A stretch of DNA of 64,000 nucleotides from NCBI GenBank assembly GCA_951406725.2, contig OX597824.1, forward strand, positions 3,782,001-3,846,000. The letters run 5' to 3'. How positions within the stretch are numbered: the first letter of the stretch is position 1; each line of letters begins with the position of its first letter. Shown here piece by piece: positions 1 through 12,150 of this stretch. Below the pieces are notes generated by a model. That model ran no database searches and had not been told where the DNA came from. It saw nothing but the letters and a program-made list of their open reading frames with translations. Both the position numbers and the translations under genes were made by a program. The stretch is from Octopus vulgaris (Eukaryota).

Positions 1-105
1 GTCAATATTCTGCCTAGAGAGACTTGCAGACCAGTTTTGTCCCGAAATTTTTTCTGAATACCTTTCCAATTAGCTTTAAGGAAGTTCATGCTGGAAAAGC
101 GCTAC
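1..105 (-). mobile_element. CR1/L2-like LINE ORF2 fragment (endonuclease-RT linker)
   Basis: Minus strand reads FSSMNFLKANWKGIQKK/ISGQNWSASLSRQNID with one frameshift, resembling the NFxKA(D/N)W...(D/N)W...(D/N)ID linker of CR1/L2-group LINEs; runs off the window edge. Confidence 0.5.
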
Positions 106-349
106 CATGCTGTGCTCACTCTCACCGCCGACCGCACAAGCCTCATCCAGCCGGCGCCAGCCCGACAACCAGAGTTCTTGGCTGACGGTGTTGCATGCTT
201 TGTGGCTCCATGATCCTCACTCACTCGCTCTTCCTTCCTTCCTCTCCTGCGTCCGCCGGTGGCTACCACCTCCGGCCATCGCGGCCAGCTTCGGCAATTG
301 CGCTCTGTTCCGCTGCCGGTGCCGCAATCGCTCAGTTTCTGTTTCAATT

Positions 350-1276
350 TATTGTTTCATTTTTATTGATTTCATAATAAATATTTAATTTAAATTATTT
401 ATTTATTTAGCAATAAATATTTAATTGAATTAATTAAGTTATTTCTCTATTTAATAATAAATGTGTAATTTAATGAATTACGTATTTAATTAATTCATTT
501 ATTTCATAATAAATATGTAATTTAGTTAATTGATTTATTTATTTTTTATTTATTTAACAATAAATATTTTATTTAATTTAAGTAATCAATTTACTTATTT
601 ATTTATTTAAAAATAAATATTTAAATTATTTAATTCATTATTTAATTAATAAATTTATTTATTTAATAATAAATATATAATTTCATTAATTAATTTATTT
701 TTTATTTCATAATAAATTTTTAATTTAATTATCTAATTATATAATTTAATTAATTAATCAATTGATTTTTTATTCATTTAATACTAAATATTTAATTTTA
801 TTTATTTATTTATCTATGTATTTAATAATATAGCTTAAATAAATAAAGAAAAAATCAATTAAATATTTATAATTGAATAAATAAATAAATATATTAACTA
901 ATTAATTTATTAAATTAAATATTTATTATGAAATAAAAAAAATCAATTAATTAAAAAATTATTTAAATATTTATTAATAGTTATTGAATTATTTAATTAA
1001 ATTCCTTAATTATCTATTTAATTAATTGATTAAATAATTTATTTTTTATTTTATTTATTACCTAATTAAATTAATTACATAATTAATTAATTCAGTAATA
1101 ATATATAGTTAATTTAATTAAGTAATTAATTAATTAATGATTTTAATTTAATAATGAATATTTAATTTATTTAAATAATTAATTTAATAATTTTTAATGA
1201 TCAATTTTTAATTTAATTAATTTATTTATTTAATTTAATTATATAAATTATGTATATATATATATATGAATATATA
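350..1276. repeat. Extremely AT-rich low-complexity tract
   Basis: About 900 bp of almost only A/T (TTAA/ATTTA words) with rare C/G and no clean period. Confidence 0.9.
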
Positions 1277-1280
1277 GTGC

Positions 1281-1660
1281 CCGGATAGCCACCCTTGCAA
1301 GCTATGCAGATGATACGAAAGTCTCGCAGAAAATACAGAACCCCAGCGAAGTTGCTCATCTGCAGCAGGAGTTGGACTCAATTTACAGATGAGCTGAGGA
1401 TAATAATATGCAGTTTAATGCTGAAAAATTCCAAGCCCTGTGCTACTAGCGTCGAAAACTGAATATGAAACTCACAGTGTACACTGGTCTACAGGGAATT
1501 TCAATCTCAGAGCCTAAATCAGTGAGGGACCTGGGTACAGCCATGAGTGATGATACCTCTTTCCAAGTGCACATCACCAGCATGGTAACAAAGTGCAGAT
1601 GACTGGCTGGATGGATCCTAAGAACATTCAGAACCAGAGTTAAGGAAACCATGATGGTCC
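1281..1660 (+). mobile_element. CR1/L2-like LINE reverse transcriptase fragment, decayed
   Basis: Translates ATLASYADDTKVSQKIQNPSEVAHLQQELDSIYR*AEDNNMQFNAEKFQAL...VRDLG...GWILRTF. YADD at 1303-1314; in-frame stops present. Confidence 0.9.
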
Positions 1661-2212
1661 ACTTTCACCCTCCGCAAAAAATTCCAAATTTTATTTAATT
1701 TGCTTTGCGACAAGGACTGTTTCAATGACGTGTGCCTCTTGTCCCTGCCTTCGTAACGTGGAGTAAATTAAACAGGGGACAACTGAAGAAGGGGAATATT
1801 CTTTATGTTGTACGTCTCGTTTCCCTCTTTGTTTTTTTCGTTGTTCGGAAAAAAGTTCGTTTCTATGTTTTTGTTTTTATGTTTTCGTTTCTCATTGTGT
1901 TCAACGTTTTTTTGGATGACCTGTACCCATATATGCATGTATATATACATATATATGTAGGTATGTACATATATGTAAGTATATATGCATATATTTATAG
2001 ATTATTTATATTAATATATGATTGAACACCATGCATCCTTTTCCAAGTCTGTTTTATCTTATATATGTGTGTATATATATATATAGCTTGCCTTCCTCGA
2101 TTTCAGCACAACGTGTATTCATGGCAAATGTATATTGTAATGGGGTGATTGACAATTTAAATTGTATTCTCAACATAATAAATATTATGTATATTTGTAT
2201 ATATATATATGT

Positions 2213-2365
2213 ATATTTCCTTCTCCTATGTTTCCGACGAAGAGCTCCGCTTGAAACGTTAAACCTTCCTTCTTTCCTTCTTTCCTGAGCGTCCAATAAT
2301 ACTATATTTGTTCCACGTCCTCGCGTTGTTGTATCTTTTTGTGCTTTCTTGTTTGGATTAACTAT
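2213..2365 (+). mobile_element. Short Penelope-like terminal repeat with hammerhead-like motif (2230-2264)
   Basis: GTTT-CCGACGA-AGAGCTCCGCTT-GAAACGTT-AAAC, embedded in (TA)n; near-identical copy at 3055-3243. Confidence 0.6.
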
Positions 2366-2499
2366 ATATACGTATATATATATATATATGTGTATATATA
2401 TGTGTGTATATATATATATGTATATATATGTATATATATATGTGTATATATATATATGTGTGTGTATATATATATATGTATATATATGTATATGTATAA

Positions 2500-2816
2500 A
2501 GGGGTAAAGACCCCCTTCGGTCATGAATGACCATGGGATTGCACCTAGAAAGTTACCCTCCTAGACACAAGTCCGGGCAAGGTTGTTTATGGAAGACCAG
2601 CAGTCGCCCATGCATACCAGCCTCCCCTCTCCACGCCACCGATGTTATCCAAGGGAAAGACAAAGGTCGATACAGCTTGGCACCTGTTACGTCGCAACTC
2701 ATTTCTACAGCTGAGTGAACTGGAGCAACGTGAAATAAAGTGCATTGCTCAAGAACACAACACGCAGCCCGGTCCGGGATTCGAGCTCACAACCTCACGA
2801 TCGTAAGCTCGCTGCT
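2500..2816 (-). mobile_element. tRNA-derived SINE (family C)
   Basis: Near-identical to 27860-28192; B-box-like GAGCTCGAATCCC on the minus strand; head truncated. Confidence 0.85.
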
Positions 2817-2967
2817 CTGTATATATATATGTATATGTATATATGTATGTATATGTATATATATGTGTATATGTATATATATGTGTATATGTATGTATAT
2901 GTATATGTATATATATGTGTATATATATATATGTGTATATATATATGTATATATATATATGTATATA

Positions 2968-3032
<65 letters not shown>

Positions 3033-3054
3033 ATGTATATATATATATATATAT

Positions 3055-3237
3055 TTGGTGATTTTTTTTCCTCTGTCTTCCCTTCTCTGGATCTTTCCTT
3101 CTCCTATGTTTTCGATGAAGAGCTCCGCTCGAAACGTTAAGCCCTCCTTCTTTCCTTCTCTCCTGAGCGTCCAATAATACTATATTTGTTCCACATCCTC
3201 GCGTTGTTGTGTTTTTTTTGTGCTTTCTTGTTTGGAT

Positions 3238-3243
<6 letters not shown>
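3055..3243 (+). mobile_element. Second copy of Penelope-like terminal repeat with hammerhead-like motif (3108-3142)
   Basis: GTTT-TCGATGA-AGAGCTCCGCTC-GAAACGTT-AAGC; same downstream CCTGAGCGTCCAATAATAC sequence as the 2213 copy. Confidence 0.6.
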
Positions 3244-3276
<33 letters not shown>

Positions 3277-3300
3277 TATATATATATATACTATATATAT

Positions 3301-3408
3301 ATAACATAGGGACTAAAGCCATCTGAATATGGCTAGGGACAGGGCAGGGTGGTGGACAGATGGCCCTGTCCCTAGCCATATTCAGATGGCTTTAGTCCCT
3401 TATGTTAT
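3301..3408. repeat. Short fold-back (about 45-bp arms)
   Basis: ATAACATAGGGACTAAAGCCATCTGAATATGGCTAGGGACAGGGC (3301-3345) is reverse-complemented at 3363-3408 with one extra T. Confidence 0.9.
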
Positions 3409-3450
3409 CGAGCAGTTACTGTCTATATCTCTTTTAGAGAATTATTATTG

Positions 3451-3504
<54 letters not shown>

Positions 3505-3698
3505 AACTATTTCTTTACCATAAAAAAATTCCCAGACAACAAGGAGATTTTCTTATGGTAGAGAAATAGCTCGTTTTAACTGCTATCTCTTAATTTCGGT
3601 ATATAGTGAAGCAAATTTTTTAGTCAACTCTAATTATAATTATACTCATAGTTATAAAAGTTTTTGTTTTATATATAGATGTTTTCGATCTAGTCTGG

Positions 3699-4167
3699 AT
3701 TCTTTGCCATCAAATTTGAATTTTTCAATTGGTGCTCAAGCCTTGAAAAGAAAATAGAGTTAAACTACATCAGCCGTAAGGGAATACAGGTCTATCTGAT
3801 CTAACTCTTCCAGTAGAGCCCACCAATTGATATCTGAAAAGTTCGATGAAATCATTCATGAACACTGCCATAGCTTCTACCAAAACAAGCTCCCGTATGT
3901 CGACCAGTCTGAACAAGGGGAGATAATTAACGAATGATTCCTTTACTATTGTCTCCCCTTGTTCAGACCTGCCAACATCACGTTGCTTATTTTGGCAGCG
4001 TTCATGAGTGATTTCATCGAATTTTTCAGATATCGATTGGTGGGCTCTACTGGACGAGTTAGATCAGATAGACCTGTATTCCCTTACGGCTGATGTAGTT
4101 TAACTCTTATTTTTTCTTTTCAAGGCTTGAGCACCAATTGAAAAATTCAAATTTGATGGCAAAGAAT
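3699..4167. mobile_element. Long palindromic MITE/fold-back element
   Basis: ATTCTTTGCCATCAAATTTG...CAAATTTGATGGCAAAGAAT; arms pair over about 170 bp, with a second inner stem GTCTGAACAAGGGGAGA/TCTCCCCTTGTTCAGAC around 3933. Confidence 0.85.
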
Positions 4168-4383
4168 TCTGCCGTTTTATTGGCCTAATTTCATTCAAAA
4201 TAATCGATCATGTGTTTCTGCAAAAGAAATCAATCAATAAAAAAGAATAAAATAGGAAAATGTGTCGAATTCTTTGAATGTGAAACACAAAAACCGTTCC
4301 ACTGGCCGAGTAATGTTGGTAAGACAGGCGCTGAGGTCTTTTCTTTTATATCATAGAGCATCCTTTATTCTTTATCGACATTA

Positions 4384-4690
4384 TCCTCCTTCCTCCTCCT
4401 TCTCTTCCTCCTTCTCCTTCTCTCCCTCCTTCCCCTTCTCTTCCTCTTCCTCTTCCTCCTTCCCCTCCTCCTCCCTCTGCTCTTCCTCCTTCCCTTCTCT
4501 TCCTCCTCCCCCTCCTCCTCCCTCTGCTCTTCCTCCTTCCCCTCCTCTTCTTCCTCCTTCCCCTCCTCTTCCTCATTTCCCCCTCCTCCTCCTGCCCCTC
4601 CTCTTCTTCCCTTCCCCTCCTCCCCCCACCCTCTTCCTCCTCCCCCACCCCTTCCTCATTTCCCCCCCTCTTCCACCGCCTCCTCCTCAT
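4384..4690. repeat. Polypyrimidine (CCT/CTT) low-complexity tract
   Basis: About 300 bp almost exclusively C/T on the plus strand. Confidence 0.9.
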
Positions 4691-4950
4691 CATCATCACC
4701 GTGGTCGCTGTGGTGGTCATCGCTGTCGTCGTCGTCTTTGCCATCAAATCGTTCAGCCCCCCCCCCACACCTCTACATCCTTTCGGGGTCGACAAATTAA
4801 ATACCAGTTGCGTACTGCGGTCGATCTAATCGACTACCCCCCTCCTCCAACATTTCCGGCCTTGTGCCTAGATTAGAAGAGAATATTAAAAGACAGTTAT
4901 TTCTTGTAAATAGTTTTTATTTACCAAGAAGAAATGATTATTTGTGAGTA

Positions 4951-5057
4951 TGCGTGGCACCTTGGGCAAGTGTCTTCTACTATAGCCTCGGGCCGACCAA
5001 AGCCTTGTGAGTGGATTTGGTAGACGGAAACTGAAAGAAGCCCGTCGTATATATGTA

Positions 5058-5097
<40 letters not shown>

Positions 5098-5318
5098 TGT
5101 GTGTGTTTGTGTGTCTGTGTTTGTCCCTCAAGCATTGCTTGACAACCGATGCTGGTGTGTTTATGTCCCGTCACTTAGCGGTTCGGCAAAAGAGACCGAT
5201 AGAATAAGTACTGGGCTTACAAAAGAATAAGTCCAGGGGTCGAGTTGCTCGATTAAAAGCGGTGCTCCAGCATGGCCGCAGTCAAATGACTGAAACAAGT
5301 AAAAGAGTAAAAAGAGAG
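4951..5318 (+). mobile_element. tRNA-derived SINE (family A), 5'-truncated, with internal (TA)n/(TG)n
   Basis: TGCGTGGCACCTTGGGCAAGTGTCTTC...CAGCATGGCCGCAGTCAAATGACTGAAACAAGTAAAAGAG; recurs many times in this window. Confidence 0.9.
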
Positions 5319-5515
5319 TATGTGTGTTTATGTGCACCGATGCATTGTATTTCCTGATGCTTCAAATAAATAAAACACACACACACTGGAGAAATACACA
5401 CACGTACACACGTACACACACCTGATGCCTGAAAATTCGATAGTCCGCGCATACACACACATTAACCAAAGCGGACCACACCGCCTCATAAATACACGTA
5501 CAAATATATTTCTTT

Positions 5516-6440
5516 TTTCTTTATTGCCCACAAGGGGCTAAACCATAGAGGGGACAAACAAGGACAGACAAAGGGACTAAGTCGATTATATCGACCCCAG
5601 TGCGTAACTGGTACTTTATTTATCAACTCCGAAAGGATGAAAGGCAAAGTCGACCTCGGCAGAAATTGAACTGAGACCGTAACAGCAGATGAAATACCTA
5701 TTTCTTTACTACCCACAAGGGGCTAAACACAGAGGGGACAAACAAGGACAGACAAAGGGATTAAGTCGATTATATCGACCCCAGTGCGTAACTGGTACTT
5801 AATTTATTGACCCCGAAAGGATGAAAGGCAAAGTCGACCTCGGCAGAAATTGAACTGAGACTGTAACAGCAGATGAAATACCTATTTCTTTACTACCCAC
5901 AAGGGGACAAACAAGGACAGACAAAGGGATTAAGTCGATTACATCGACCCCAGTGCGTAACTGGTACTTTATTTATCAACTCCGAAAGGATGAAAGGCAA
6001 AGTCAACCGCGAGAGAATTTGAACTGAGACCGTAACAGCAGATGAAATACCTATTTCTTTACTACCCACAAGGGGCTAAACCATAGAGGGGACAAACAAG
6101 GACAGACAAAGGGATTAAGTCGATTACATCGACCCCAGTGTGAAACTGGTACTTAATTTATCAACTCCAAAAGGATGAAAGGCAAAGTCGACCTCGGCAG
6201 AAATTGAACTGAGACCGTAACAGCAGATGAAATACCTATTTCTTTACTACCCACAAGGGGACAAACGGACAGACAAAGGGATTAAGTCGATTACATCGAC
6301 CCCAGTGCGTAACTGGTACTTTATTTATCAACCCTGAAAGGATGAAAGGTAAAGTCGACCTCGGCAGAAATTGAACTCAGAACGTAGCGGCAGACAAAAT
6401 ACGGCTACGCATTTCACCCGGCGCGCTAACGTTTCTGCCA
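5516..6440 (-). repeat. Five head-to-tail copies (about 170-185 bp) of a family-B SINE body
   Basis: Unit TTTCTTTACTACCCACAAGGGG...GATGAAATACCTA starts near 5516, 5701, 5885, 6055 and 6239; only the last copy continues toward the SINE head. Confidence 0.9.
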
Positions 6441-7012
6441 TCTCACACATACAAAGAGATAAGACATGCAAACACACAAAACACTCACACTACATTAAAC
6501 ACACACACACAAGAAAAAGAAACAAATCCGACAGTCACGGTCGGAATGTCTTTAATCAAATCCTCATTGGTTGCTACATCAAGACCAAACATATTCAACG
6601 GGAAATAACTCTACTATTTTATTTTTACAAAGTTATCTCCCGTTAAATGTTATCCGGAGCCGAGAAAGATCTTAAATATCTGGGAATAAATATTAGTTTT
6701 ATTCAAATGACAATATATATCAGATTTGAAGTAGCAGCGACGCAATATTTGGAACACTGCTCTGTCACACATTAGATATTGTAAACTTTAGTCTAAAGCA
6801 GTCTTTTCTACGTGGTTATTCGATCTGCTAGAAATAACAACCAAATCGCTTTCAAATTCTATCCTATTGTCTTGAAAAGAAAAAATGTGTGTGTGTGGGG
6901 GGATGACGGACGAGCAATTTGAGTTTTGTAGCCTCGATATTTTATGTTTGATAAAGGCAGGGTGGTCTTAGTTGGAATGCCTTTGATCATACGCCTCCTT
7001 GATCAGATGTTA

Positions 7013-7404
7013 TCTCTTTCTATATAAATCTGAAGTTGTCTGTGTGTGGCAGGTTTGGTAGCCTTCAACTAACACTATCTCCTCCGAGACCCTGAGGCGT
7101 AAGCTGACCAAAATCGAGAGTATGATAGAAGAAGGCTTGCTTTTCCTTCCGTAGAAGAAAAAATTCAAATCGGACCATGTTAACACCAAAAATTATTTAC
7201 ATAAAAAAAGTGATTTTTTTCTACGAAAATTGCTATTTTTTACGATTTTTTGACTGCTGTGTCGCCATTTTTCGGTGCATTTCAACCAGAAAAATGTTGA
7301 CTTAAAGATAATAACAAGCTACATAATGCAAAATTTTTATTTTTCAAAAACTATAATTCTAAAGGGTTGAAGCAAACCCGAGCAACGCCGGGCGATACTG
7401 CTAG
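7013..7404 (+). mobile_element. Non-autonomous Helitron
   Basis: 5' A|TC...TATATAAA start; 3' GC hairpin CCCGAGCAACGCCGGG (7377-7392) followed by CTAG|T at 7401-7405. Confidence 0.8.
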
Positions 7405-7534
7405 TACTCTTATAACTCCCAGTATTAGTCAGGTCCAGTGGTGAGGAGGAGTGAATTGTGAGATGGTCTCCACTGCAGGTTTCTTCTTTTCATACCAACA
7501 GGTCAGTACAGAGGGTAACAGTAATTAATAAATG

Positions 7535-7750
7535 AGGCTGGCAAGCTGGCAGAGTCGTTAGCAAGCTGGGAAAAAATGCAAAGTGATATTTTGTCTGTCT
7601 TTACGTTCTGAGTTCAAATGCTACCAGGGTTGACTTTTTGCCCTTCATCCTTTCAGGGTCGATAAAATAAGTACCAGTTGAATACTGGGGTTGATGTAAG
7701 CAACCTGGCCCGCCCCTCAACACTGCTGGCCTTCTGCCAAATTTGAAACT
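7535..7750 (+). mobile_element. SINE family B
   Basis: GGCAAGCTGGCAGAGTCGTTAGC...GTTCTGAGTTCAAAT...CATCCTTTCAGGGTCGATAAAATAAGTACCAG. Confidence 0.8.
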
Positions 7751-8112
7751 AATGTTAATTAATAAATGATTGACAAAAGAACAGGTGTCATGTCCTCAGG
7801 TATCTCTTCTCTTTTTTTGTTATGTTATTTATTCTATTGGCTGGATGTTAAACGATGTTGATGACGAGGAAGGGAATATATGGGCTTCAGCACAGTTTCT
7901 ACCTTTCAAATCTAAACACAAGGCTTTGGCCACTCTGGAGCTGTAGTAGAATACACATGCTCAAAGATTTCTGATTGCGAAGTGAATTTCTTCACCATGC
8001 AGCCATGTCTGCACTTGGGTGGGTAAACTGTCAATCTGTAGATTGATCAGAGCTACCCGGGGATAAACCTGAAGCTAAACAGTAACAACAACAGCAGTAG
8101 CAGCAGCAACAG

Positions 8113-8480
8113 TGGAGATGCAATGGCCCAATGGTTAGGGCAGCGGACTTGCAGTTGGAGGATCACGGTTTCAATTCCCAGACCGGGTGTTGTGTGTGTT
8201 TATTGAGCGAAAACACCTAAAGCTCCACAAGGCTCTGGCAGGGGGTGGTGGCGACCCCTGTTGTACTCTTTCGCTCTTACTTTCTCTCACTCTTTTTTCC
8301 TGTTTCTTGTCCCCGACTTCCTACGCAACCGCTGAGCCTGGATGCGCATTCATCCATCCGTCGATGCTCTCGGCGTTGGGGGGTTGACCTGCTTTCTCTT
8401 TTGCGGGTCTTACGAATAGCAAAGGACCACGTTTCAGACTTCTCCCACTGCGAGCTCTGGGTGAAAACCACTTCGCTCAA
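8113..8480 (+). mobile_element. tRNA-derived SINE (family D)
   Basis: A box TGGCCCAATGG, B box GGTTTCAATTCC, (CAA)-rich tail; related heads at 39994-40281 and 45025-45316. Confidence 0.85.
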
Positions 8481-9194
8481 CAGCAACAACAGCGGCAGCA
8501 GCAACAACTGGTATTGACTCAATAAATTAAATTAATTTGCTACAAAATAAAATGAAGAAAAGAATATTGAAATTGCCTTTATTCTCACTGAAAAGCTGAG
8601 AAATAATCAATATGATTTGTTTGGTTGGTCATATCTGGATTGTCTTGTTGTTTGCAAGTTGCGACATTTTTCTTCCAACACTAGTTAGACGTACATTTAC
8701 ATTATTTATTATTTATTTTAAGCAAAGTAAGTTGTTGTCGTTTCCTAAATGAATGAAGTCTGAATAGAGTTGGTTTAATAGATCTTCTATAAATAAAACC
8801 GCTATTAATTACAGCCATTGAAACAGAACAGTGAAAATAGCAACAACAACAACAACTATAGCACTAATAATCATAACAATAATAATGATAATGATAATGA
8901 CAATGATAACAATAGAATAAGAACAACAACAAAAGGAATAATGGTAATAATAACCACGACAACCGCAATGATAATAATTCTTCCTAATTTTGGCAGAAGG
9001 CCAGCAATTTTGAGAAGAGAGGTAGGTTGATTACATGGGCCCCAGAACCCACCTAGGAATTTATTTTATTGACCCCTGAAAGGATGAAAGGCAAAGTTGA
9101 CCGTGGCAAGATTTGAACTCAGAGCGTCAAATGTTAGAAGAATACTGCAAAACATGTCTTCTGCTGCTCCAACGATTCTGGCATCTTATCACCT

Positions 9195-9413
9195 TTACTC
9201 TCTTTCACTTGTTTCAATCATTTGACTGCGGCCATGCTGGAGCACCACCTTTAATCGAGCAAATCGATCCCAGGACTTATTCTTTGGAAGCCTAGTACTT
9301 ATTCTATCGGTCTCTTTTGCCAAACCGCTAAGTTACGGGGACGCAAACACACCAGCATCGGTTGTCAAGCGATGTTGGGGAGACAAACACAGACACACAA
9401 ACACACACACACG

Positions 9414-9445
<32 letters not shown>

Positions 9446-9610
9446 CGATGGCCTTCTTTCAGTTTCCATCTATCAAATCCACTCACAAGGCTTTGGTCGG
9501 CCCGAGGCTAGAGTAGAATACACTTGCCCAAGGTGCCACGCAGTGGGACTGAACCCGGAACCATGTGGTTGGTAAGCAAGCTACTTACCACATAGCCACT
9601 CCTACGCCTA
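9195..9610 (-). mobile_element. SINE family A, full length
   Basis: Reverse complement begins GGCGTAGGAGTGGCTATGTGGTAAG...GGTTCAGTCCC; body matches 4951-5318. Confidence 0.9.
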
Positions 9611-10159
9611 CCTTAATAATCTTTTCTATGATAGGCACAAGGCCTGGAATTTTATGGGGCGGGGGGTCAGTCAATTACATTGTCCCCAGTGCATGACTGG
9701 TACTTAATTCATCAACTCCCCAAGACGATGAGAGGTAAAGCTGACTTCAGTGGAATTTGAATTCTGAACGTAGAGATGGAAGAAATGTTGAGAAGCGTTT
9801 TGCCTGGCTTGCTAACGATTCTGCCAGCTTGCCACCTGGTCTCAAATTGTGGCACAAGGCCAGCAATTTTGGAAGAGGGGAGGCAAGTTGATTGTGTTGA
9901 CTCCAGTGCATGACTGGTAATTATTTTATCAACCCCAAGAATATGAAAGGCAAACTTGACTTTGATGGAATTTGAACCCAGAGTGTAAAGAGTCAGATGA
10001 AATGCCACAAAACTAACCATTCTACCATCTTGCTGCCTTAGAACCTATTTACTGCACAGCTATGCCCACACCTAATCATCATCATCATCATTTAATGTCG
10101 GCTTTCCATGTTTGCATCAGTTAATAATGATGATGATGATGATGATTATAATAATAATA

Positions 10160-10499
10160 ATAGATATAGCATGCCCAGCTGACAACAAGGTATGCGATAA
10201 GGAAGGAAGAAAAGTCGATAGGTATGACAGGTTAGCTTGGGAAGTTATGCAGTTGTTGTCGATGAAAAAAGGTAGCAGTAGTACCAATAATTGTCGGAGC
10301 CCTGGAAACAGTGAGCAAAAATCTCAAGAAGTACATGGAACAAATAGGGGCTGCAATAAGGGTGGAGCATTTGTAGAAAACAGCACTGCTTGGAATGGCT
10401 CGAATACTCCGAAAGGTGCTCGAAAAATAAGAGGTGTTACCTTAGTTCACTGGTGACACTGACACTGTAGTACATCTTCAGCATTAGAAGCTGTGCAAA

Positions 10500-10500
<1 letters not shown>
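10160..10500 (+). mobile_element. R4/Dong-type RLE non-LTR retroelement 3' end
   Basis: IDIACPADNKVCDKEGRKVDRYDRLAWEV...PIIVGALGTV...; flanked by (TAA)n on both sides; same family as 34837-35413. Confidence 0.85.
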
Positions 10501-10548
<48 letters not shown>

Positions 10549-10587
10549 GTAGTAATAATAATGCTAATAATGATAATAATAATAATG

Positions 10588-10631
<44 letters not shown>

Positions 10632-10633
<2 letters not shown>

Positions 10634-11160
10634 CCCTGATGCAGTACCAGGCAGTGGCTCTCATGGCTTCTGATCTTAACTGATTGGAAGTGTTATCTTG
10701 TACATTGTTTTGTCTTGGTATAAAAGATGGGCCACAGCAAATATTCTACTCAATACCACAGATTTGCTTGTCAGTTGTTTGACCTTAACCAGTTGAGCAT
10801 GTCCCTTAGTGGCTGATGATATGTGCATCTCTGATCACGAGCAGAAGTAGTGGGGGAGCATCATAGCCGTGTGTTGAGAGGATTCTTTGGGGTTTGGATA
10901 ATTCCCCTCTGGAAACATGGGTGTTTCGTTCAACATCCTTAAACAACCCTTATTCAGGGACCTTTTAAGCGGGATGGGCTACTCAACCAGAAGAAAATTC
11001 TAATTGGGCCCCATCTGCAAGGCCATGCAATATTTATCTTAATATGAGCTTACCATGTTACACACACTTGGTTGTGATGTCTGTGCCTGGTGTGCCCTTA
11101 TCAGACGGGTACATTGATGGGTACATTGGGCTTCGATGGTGTATACAGCTCTCTCACTCA
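10632..11160. mobile_element. Interspersed repeat flanked by (TAA)n, class unresolved
   Basis: Its first 160 bp recur at 28251-28496; bounded on both sides by TAA repeats. Confidence 0.7.
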
Positions 11161-11200
<40 letters not shown>

Positions 11201-11917
11201 TGATGATGATTTCAAATTTTTGCACAAGGCCAGCAATTTTGGGGGAGGGGATAAGTTGATTACACTGATCCCAGTGCTCAACTGGTACTTAATTTAATGA
11301 CCCTCAAGATGATGAAAGGCAGAGACGACCTTGGCAGGATTTGAACTTGGAATGTGACGATTCAGAGAAAATACTGCAATGCATTTTATTCCAAAGCTCT
11401 GACAACACTGACATAAATAATAATCATAACAACAACAACAATAATAACAATAACATGAGAAATGATAAGAATGATAATGGCAGAAATAGCAATAATGATG
11501 ATGATGATGACGATGATGAGGACAACGACGACGACGATGATGATGATGATGATGATGAAGATGATGATGATGATGATGATGATGAGGAGGAGGTGGATGA
11601 CGACGACGACGACGATGATAATAAGTAAATAAATCAATGGACACTGAAGTCGGCTCATTTGGCTGGATTCCATCAATGAAGTGTATTAACTTAATTCTTC
11701 TGAATGGGGTTTCTTTATCATGGGAAAGTTGGTTAATCAGTTTTTTTTTTTGCTTTTTTCATTTTATTTTATTTTACACTTTTGATATTTTTTCTTCTTT
11801 TCCCCCCTCTGTCTCTGAATAGACTCTCCCAAAGTCATTTTTATATTCCATTGTAGAACTGTGATGAGGATAAACAGAAGAGTTTACTCCACCTTTTTGA
11901 TATCAATATGCCTGATA

Positions 11918-12150
11918 AGGTGGCGAGCTGGCAGAATCGTTAGCACGCCAGGCGAAATGCTTAGCGGTATTTCGTCTGCTGTTATGTTCTAAGTTCAAAT
12001 TCTGCCAAGGTCGACTTTGCCTTTCATCCTTCCGGGGTCGATTAAATAAGTACCATTTACGCACTGGGGTCGATATAATCGACTTAATCCGTTTGTCTGT
12101 CCTTGTTTGTCCCCTCTGTGATTAGCCCCTTGTGGGTAGTAAAGAAATAT
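11918..12150 (+). mobile_element. SINE family B, near full length
   Basis: GGTGGCGAGCTGGCAGAATCGTTAGCACGCC...GTTCAAATTC...GTGGGTAGTAAAGAAATA. Confidence 0.85.

Noticed and set aside
107-388. GC-rich ORFs at the window start
   Set aside because: No recognisable domain or splice context; adjacent to a LINE fragment.
1775-1820. Hammerhead candidate CTGAAGA-AGGGGAATATTCTTT
   Set aside because: No GAAA follows the putative stem II and no stem I partner is evident.
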